Assembly (NCBI GenBank): GCA_964551465.1
Contig: CAZKBR010000001.1
Coordinates: 11,768-75,767 of the forward strand
DNA length: 64,000 bases
Origin: an uncultured Candidatus Bathyarchaeia archaeon
GTDB taxonomy: Archaea > Thermoproteota > Bathyarchaeia > RBG-16-48-13 > JAGMEO01
Direction: 5' to 3'
Part shown: piece after piece, positions 58,839 to 64,000 of the stretch
How the letters are laid out: every line of letters begins with the position of its first letter
Numbering within the stretch: the stretch's first letter is position 1
Made by a program: the position numbers and the translations under genes
The notes under the pieces: model-generated
Database searches by the model: none
Seen by the model: the letters and a program-made list of their open reading frames with translations, nothing else
Told to the model about the DNA's origin: nothing

Positions 58839-61511
58839 TCACCTCTGCCCCTCAAAGTTCCAGAGGAAATGTTCTAATTTTGTGAACCCAGTTATCTCGT
58901 CAAAGTCAATTCCGATAGCATCCAAGACCTGCTCAAAAGTCGACTTGATGTATCCCATATACTTGTCAGCATCGATTTCCTTCACAGAAGCTAACTGCAC
59001 CGGTTTAACTCCCTCCTGGGTCTTTGTCTTTACGAACGAAATTATCTCTCCTGGCTTCACTTCAACCCCGTTCTTTACCAAAAGTTTAGCAGCCTTTACG
59101 TGCTGGGGTGTAGTCTTAGTGTAACTTCCAATAGACTTACTAATCATAACATTGAAAGCCAAATCGTCCAATGAGTATTTTCCATTCTTCAACTTGAAAT
59201 AACACGTCTTCACAACTTCTCTAATCCTAGATTTGGCCTCGTCAAAGTCTTCCGAGGATTTTACCCCCCCAAGAATATTAATCATCTCCGCAAAAGCTAT
59301 TTTCAGAAAGTCCGGTGTATTGCGTTTCTTGCCAGTAAGACCCTTGATGTCAACACTACCACTAGGATACACGCCCAAATAATTCTTCTTCCTACTGGAG
59401 AACGCCGAGTATCTATAGATCTTATCGGTATCGAGATCCATTCCAAGAAAATCTCTAGACCACTCTACAAGCTCGTTTATCTGGGCTTGTGAGGGGTTCT
59501 CTAGGAAAACACTGTCCGTGTCTCCGTAAACAACATCTATGCCTAGAGCCTCGGCTTTGCGAACGGTTTCGGTGATGGCATATCTTCCAATGGCTGCTGT
59601 GCTCTCAGCGACAGGCGGACAATACAAGTCAAAGACCTCTGCTCCGAATACTCCGTAGCTAGCATTCAATATTACTTTTAGACTTTGCTGTATGACGTTA
59701 TACCAGCTTCTCATCGCCGGAGACTGATTCTTGTCCTTCGATTTCGGCTTGTACCAGTTTACACGAAGATCCCTTAGCGTTCCTATTACAAGACTGTTCA
59801 TTCCGAAGCGCTTTTTACAAACCCAGTGTGGAGTACCGGGGATCTTGTTATTCTTACATTCACTGTGTGGACACCGCACCGTCTCATAACTCAAATTCCA
59901 ATGTTTAATGATTGATGGATACAGAGAAGCAAAATCGAGGACGAAAACATTAAAATGAACCCCGGGCTTCGGCTCAATAACGATAGCTCCCCTATATTTC
60001 TTTCCCTCGATGATCGCCTCCGTCGCGGTTGAACCCTTCAGTTCTACGATATCTTCAGGCCTTGGAATCAACCAATTGAGTCTGCGATGCTCAAAGAACA
60101 TCATGCTTCTAATCCAGCGCGACACTCCCTGTCTAGTCACATCTTCGATCGGCATTCGGCTAATTCTTGCAATAGTGATGATTAACTTCATTACAAGGGA
60201 GTCGTCAAATGTTGTCAATTGCATCGTCAGTTCGGCGTCCCTTAGACAGTAGTTTGCGAGTTCAGTATAGGTGAGTTCAGAAATGGGTTTTTCTAATGCA
60301 ATTTTTCCGACATTTAGAATAGCGTTAGCAATCCCATCCAACGTTGCCTCCTTGTATTTTTGACCGAATGCGTAGATCTGAATAGACCTGTTGAGGAAAA
60401 ACCTATAGAGATCTATGTGAACTCCGTACTTGAGGAGGGCAAATACCTCTTCCAATCTTATTGGAATGCTCTCTCTTGGGAAGCCGAGTTTTTCCGCTCG
60501 ATGAAACAAGTATCGAAGATCGAACGAATCTCCATTGAACGTCAAGATTATCGGATATGTAAGTAGAGCCTTGAACACCTCTATTAGCATGTTTTCTTCT
60601 CGGTCGTAGTACTCTATCTTTGCGCCCTGTGGAAGAGTAGTTTCACCCTCACCGATTTCCGGCCGCTTTAGAACTAAAACCCTTTTATTTCCGTCCGAAT
60701 CAACTAGAGAAACCGCAACAATTGGTTCGCTTGCTGTCCTTGGATCAGGAACGCGAGTTGCAACAGGAGAGTAGACCTCGATATCTAAGGCCAATCGAGA
60801 AAACTCTGGAACAGGGCATTCAAGCAGTCTGATCCATCGACCAATGTACGCCTGAAACTCCTTTTCTTCGTTCTTGAAAAGTCTTTCAGGTGCATTGAGG
60901 TCCTTTTTCAGTGTACTACAGTCAATAGGAATTAGCTTTTCTTCCTTGATCACGTATGGGGTTCCAATGCCTAGCTGATGATCGTAAATGTAACTTTCAT
61001 AGTATTTTATGTGTGCCTCCCAAGATTTCTGAATCAGATCCCTTATGGTGCCTGACGGTCTGCCACCAATAGATCTGGGATCTTTGGCAATTATTTTTGT
61101 CATCTCAGTCTCTCTGTCATTGAGCGCATCAAACTTCTCCACTATTTCAAAGCGATCAAAACCCTGATGGTTGACTAAAGCCTTAATTCTTTTCAATTCT
61201 CCTATCGGGGCGTCAGATAGGCAGTACGGTTGATGTTTTGTATTGTCATACCAGAAGTAGATTTTCCGAGATTCAGGCTCATACAACTTCAGGCATGCTA
61301 CACGCCTCTCTCCTTCATAGGTCGCCGAAAGGAGATAAGCCATAGAAAGATTTCTTGGAACATCTGGACTGAAATAGAATTCTTTGGCCTTCTCAGACGT
61401 ATTCTCTCTAATCACTTCACTTCCGACTTCTTTAGAAAGTTCTTCTTCAGTATGCTTGTGCGCGTTACACTGAATACTTAGACTGTCTCTCAATAAAAAA
61501 CATTTTCCCAC
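58839..61511 (-). CDS. Family B DNA polymerase (PolB1 type)
   Basis: DIE, FNGxxFD, DFASLYPS, KxxxNxxYG, YGDTDS, KKNY; real start probably downstream of 61511. Confidence 0.95.
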   Translation of the reverse strand: MGKCFLLRDSLSIQCNAHKHTEEELSKEVGSEVIRENTSEKAKEFYFSPDVPRNLSMAYLLSATYEGERRVACLKLYEPESRKIYFWYDNTKHQPYCLSDAPIGELKRIKALVNHQGFDRFEIVEKFDALNDRETEMTKIIAKDPRSIGGRPSGTIRDLIQKSWEAHIKYYESYIYDHQLGIGTPYVIKEEKLIPIDCSTLKKDLNAPERLFKNEEKEFQAYIGRWIRLLECPVPEFSRLALDIEVYSPVATRVPDPRTASEPIVAVSLVDSDGNKRVLVLKRPEIGEGETTLPQGAKIEYYDREENMLIEVFKALLTYPIILTFNGDSFDLRYLFHRAEKLGFPRESIPIRLEEVFALLKYGVHIDLYRFFLNRSIQIYAFGQKYKEATLDGIANAILNVGKIALEKPISELTYTELANYCLRDAELTMQLTTFDDSLVMKLIITIARISRMPIEDVTRQGVSRWIRSMMFFEHRRLNWLIPRPEDIVELKGSTATEAIIEGKKYRGAIVIEPKPGVHFNVFVLDFASLYPSIIKHWNLSYETVRCPHSECKNNKIPGTPHWVCKKRFGMNSLVIGTLRDLRVNWYKPKSKDKNQSPAMRSWYNVIQQSLKVILNASYGVFGAEVFDLYCPPVAESTAAIGRYAITETVRKAEALGIDVVYGDTDSVFLENPSQAQINELVEWSRDFLGMDLDTDKIYRYSAFSSRKKNYLGVYPSGSVDIKGLTGKKRNTPDFLKIAFAEMINILGGVKSSEDFDEAKSRIREVVKTCYFKLKNGKYSLDDLAFNVMISKSIGSYTKTTPQHVKAAKLLVKNGVEVKPGEIISFVKTKTQEGVKPVQLASVKEIDADKYMGYIKSTFEQVLDAIGIDFDEITGFTKLEHFLWNFEGQR

Positions 61512-61557
61512 CCAATGTGCTTAGAGTGGCGCGCAGCATCGGGTGTTTCTTAACTTA

Positions 61558-63801
61558 TCATGTTTTAAGGGTAAATGGGGAACATTTGTTCGCATAGATA
61601 ATAGCGTAGCCAGACAGACCCAAAGAGGAGTATAAGCCAATTTCATGCGTCAAGAAGAAGTATGGCGTAAACCAACCCTCTTGTTCATCCATAATTTCTA
61701 CGGTGAAAAGAATCTTGCTCTTCTCCTCTGTTGGTAAGCTACCGAGCAGCGAATGGATATACCTTAAGTAGTAATCCCAATTCCTCTGGAGGTTCAAGAA
61801 GTAGAAGCCATGAACCCACGCCTGCGTTCGGACTATGAAAAAGTCAGTGTATGGGATGATCTTTGTGTAGATCTCTAAACAATCCTGACCAAAGAAGTCC
61901 TCTACAACCAAGATTTTTCCTTTGGAATGTAGTTGGCCAGAAACATAATCGAATGCTTCAACATATCCTTCTTCATCCTCGAGGGTATATCTTCCGTTCA
62001 CATTCCCCAGCTCAAAGATTGCGACCCCATCAAAATTAAAGTTTTGGACAATCTTTAGAATGGAATCAGTAAAGTACGTGTAATATTTTGTTCCTTCAAC
62101 CACATCATATTCCTCATCTTCGTGTAAGCTTGCGTATGGAACGATGATGCCGTCGCTTAAAACTTCTGGATGCCTCTCAATAAGCCATGTCGACCTGAAT
62201 CCTTTGTAGTTGTAAACATAATCTGCTCTGAAATAGACTCCTATCAAAACTCTCTTGTTGTGGGCATGGAGTAGCGACACTAGGTCACTGACATCTGACT
62301 GACGCCAGCCCTCGTCAAATCTTACCTTGAAAAACTCTTCTACCTGTGCTGCGGGGACGTATTCTTTATATGTATTTACGAAGTCTGGGCCGAACATAAG
62401 AACTATGGTATCTGCTTGAAATTTTTGGTTGAATTCCTCTATCCCCATGCCCATAACATTTACCGTAAACCCTGCAGCGGGGCTTTCTGGCACGGCGATC
62501 ACTTGAGTTGCGCTCGGAACATTTACTGAAGAAGGAAACGGAGCTAACAGTAGAATGAATACGCTCAAGATCGAAAGTGTAATGGCTGTTCCCTTTCTGC
62601 TTGGTTTAGGAATTTTCCCATCCTTTGATAGAAGATAACGAAAGTATAAGTAGCAAACATATGAGAAGATCGGTGCTAGCGTTATTAGCACCATTGCTAC
62701 GGTTGTGATGAGCGGGATGTTGCCTCTAGAGTTGTAGAAGAAGAAGCCAAGGAAGAAGTTATTAATTGGAAGCAAAAATATGATGAATACTATGTCGAGG
62801 GCGGCCAGTGCGGTAAACAGTTTCTTGCTTTTCGAATCCGTTAGGCAGAAGATGTCCGTGATCGCGTTGGGAACGCACCACAGAAGATAGTGATCATTCA
62901 TCTTTGTCGAGGTGAGAAAAAAAGCTAAAAGGACGGCTAAAACACCTCGATTTAGCCCCTCGAATTTGTCTGTTTTCTCCTCCTTGATCCTAGCTAAAGT
63001 CTTGAGGTATAAAATTCCATACAGAAGAATGAAAATAACGTATCCGTACTCAACTGCGATATAAGTTTCATGAGATATCAAAAACCAATAGGAGAGTTGG
63101 CCTATGTGCTCCGCGTGAAAGAGGATCTGGGTGAGATAGCTTTTGTAATTAAGGATCAAAAATGGAATTGAAAGAACAGCCGTTGGGGCTACGCATATCA
63201 ATAAGTACTTAAGAACATCAAAGAGCCCCTGTTTTCTTTTATATACCATGTAGAAAAAGTATAGAGGAAGGAAAAAGGCTGGGTAGACTTTTAGCGCTGT
63301 ACCAAGTCCTAGGGCAAGCGCGCTTTTCTTATAACTTCCGTTATACAGGTATACTACGGATAAGAACGTCAATAGCATGGGCACTGCGTCGAACATGCCC
63401 CAAATGCTGCCGACCAATATCACAAAGGGGTTTAAAAAATAGAACATAAACGCCTTGGTAGCTGTCTGTTCGTTCCTCGTTCTTTGAAACACAACATCGT
63501 AGATCGCTTGAGCTGCAAAAGCGTCAGCGATTATGATTGGTATTTTCAGAACAAGGACTTCGAAGTATCGATCTGCCGAGAAAAGATAGGAAAAGGCACA
63601 CCAAATCATCCATAATGGTGGGTAAGCATAGTAGCCCCAATACCAGTTCGTTTCTACACCAACGTCATATATGTTTTGACCAGCAAACGCTCTTTCTCCG
63701 ACGTCAATCCAGATCTTGACATCCCAGGGGTGTCCTGTGAATGGAGCAAGGGCAAATCGAACGATCAAACCTATTATGAACGCCTTTGTCTTTCTATTCA
63801 A
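61558..63801 (-). CDS. GT-C fold membrane glycosyltransferase (GT87/PIG-M-like) with a large soluble C-terminal domain
   Basis: GHPWD loop, YxYPP, LNP...WGxFD, KxYP, HYLLW; C-terminal FDGVAIFE segment. Confidence 0.7.
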   Translation of the reverse strand: MNRKTKAFIIGLIVRFALAPFTGHPWDVKIWIDVGERAFAGQNIYDVGVETNWYWGYYAYPPLWMIWCAFSYLFSADRYFEVLVLKIPIIIADAFAAQAIYDVVFQRTRNEQTATKAFMFYFLNPFVILVGSIWGMFDAVPMLLTFLSVVYLYNGSYKKSALALGLGTALKVYPAFFLPLYFFYMVYKRKQGLFDVLKYLLICVAPTAVLSIPFLILNYKSYLTQILFHAEHIGQLSYWFLISHETYIAVEYGYVIFILLYGILYLKTLARIKEEKTDKFEGLNRGVLAVLLAFFLTSTKMNDHYLLWCVPNAITDIFCLTDSKSKKLFTALAALDIVFIIFLLPINNFFLGFFFYNSRGNIPLITTVAMVLITLAPIFSYVCYLYFRYLLSKDGKIPKPSRKGTAITLSILSVFILLLAPFPSSVNVPSATQVIAVPESPAAGFTVNVMGMGIEEFNQKFQADTIVLMFGPDFVNTYKEYVPAAQVEEFFKVRFDEGWRQSDVSDLVSLLHAHNKRVLIGVYFRADYVYNYKGFRSTWLIERHPEVLSDGIIVPYASLHEDEEYDVVEGTKYYTYFTDSILKIVQNFNFDGVAIFELGNVNGRYTLEDEEGYVEAFDYVSGQLHSKGKILVVEDFFGQDCLEIYTKIIPYTDFFIVRTQAWVHGFYFLNLQRNWDYYLRYIHSLLGSLPTEEKSKILFTVEIMDEQEGWFTPYFFLTHEIGLYSSLGLSGYAIIYANKCSPFTLKT

Positions 63802-63814
63802 ATACCTCTTCTTC

Positions 63815-64000
63815 CTAACGTCCTTTTCTTCTACTTTTTTCGATAAAACACAGCGTTTCGTATATCATGTGAGCGGCTTGAACCGATGTCTGCCCCGTGT
63901 CATAGTGTGGGGAAACCTCAACCAAGTCCAAGGCGATAACACGTTGATCACAAACAACATGAAGAATGTCAAGCAACTTGCTGGGAGTCATCCCCTCAGG
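63815..64000 (-). CDS. speB: Agmatinase/ureohydrolase C-terminus (partial, runs off the window)
   Basis: Hand translation PEGMTP...LDLVEVSPHYDTGQTSVQAAHMIYE* matches the ureohydrolase DxVExxPxxD motif. Confidence 0.82.
   Translation of the reverse strand, partial: PEGMTPSKLLDILHVVCDQRVIALDLVEVSPHYDTGQTSVQAAHMIYETLCFIEKSRRKGR

Noticed and set aside
188..63719. Many antisense or nested ORFs in the six-frame track (e.g. 22541..23185, 32173..32661, 10560..11015)
   Set aside because: They are shadows of well-supported genes on the other strand or frame and show no motifs of their own.

Overview
Gene-dense archaeal chromosomal core region, most consistent with a TACK archaeon of the Bathyarchaeia type. 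This placement is inferred from the co-occurrence of PolD, PolB1, rpS30e, Elf1, a crenarchaeal-type SSB and a multi-OB RPA. The window holds the likely replication origin (ORB boxes upstream of cdc6/orc1) and a large set of replication genes (DP1, DP2, PolB1, PCNA, PriS/L, GINS, RPA, SSB, Topo VI). It also holds ribosome biogenesis and translation genes, the archaeal modified mevalonate pathway (PMDh-S/L plus a UbiD-like decarboxylase), ether lipid genes (GGGPS, CarS), AglB with an OSTC/OST3-like neighbour, a nucleoside-type ABC transporter and a tRNA-Ser(CGA) with two non-canonical introns. No CRISPR array, rRNA or intact mobile element was seen. The strongest candidates for something undescribed are: (i) an 88-aa protein with two AbrB-like modules preceded by six 10-bp phased repeats, echoing bacterial MraZ and its operator; (ii) an 18-bp motif shared between the oriC/cdc6 leader and the leader of an orphan HTH-like gene isolated in AT-rich DNA; (iii) an origin-adjacent wHTH gene; (iv) an apparently intact nucleotidyltransferase-kinase fusion. 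All calls come from reading motifs by eye; no database searches were run.
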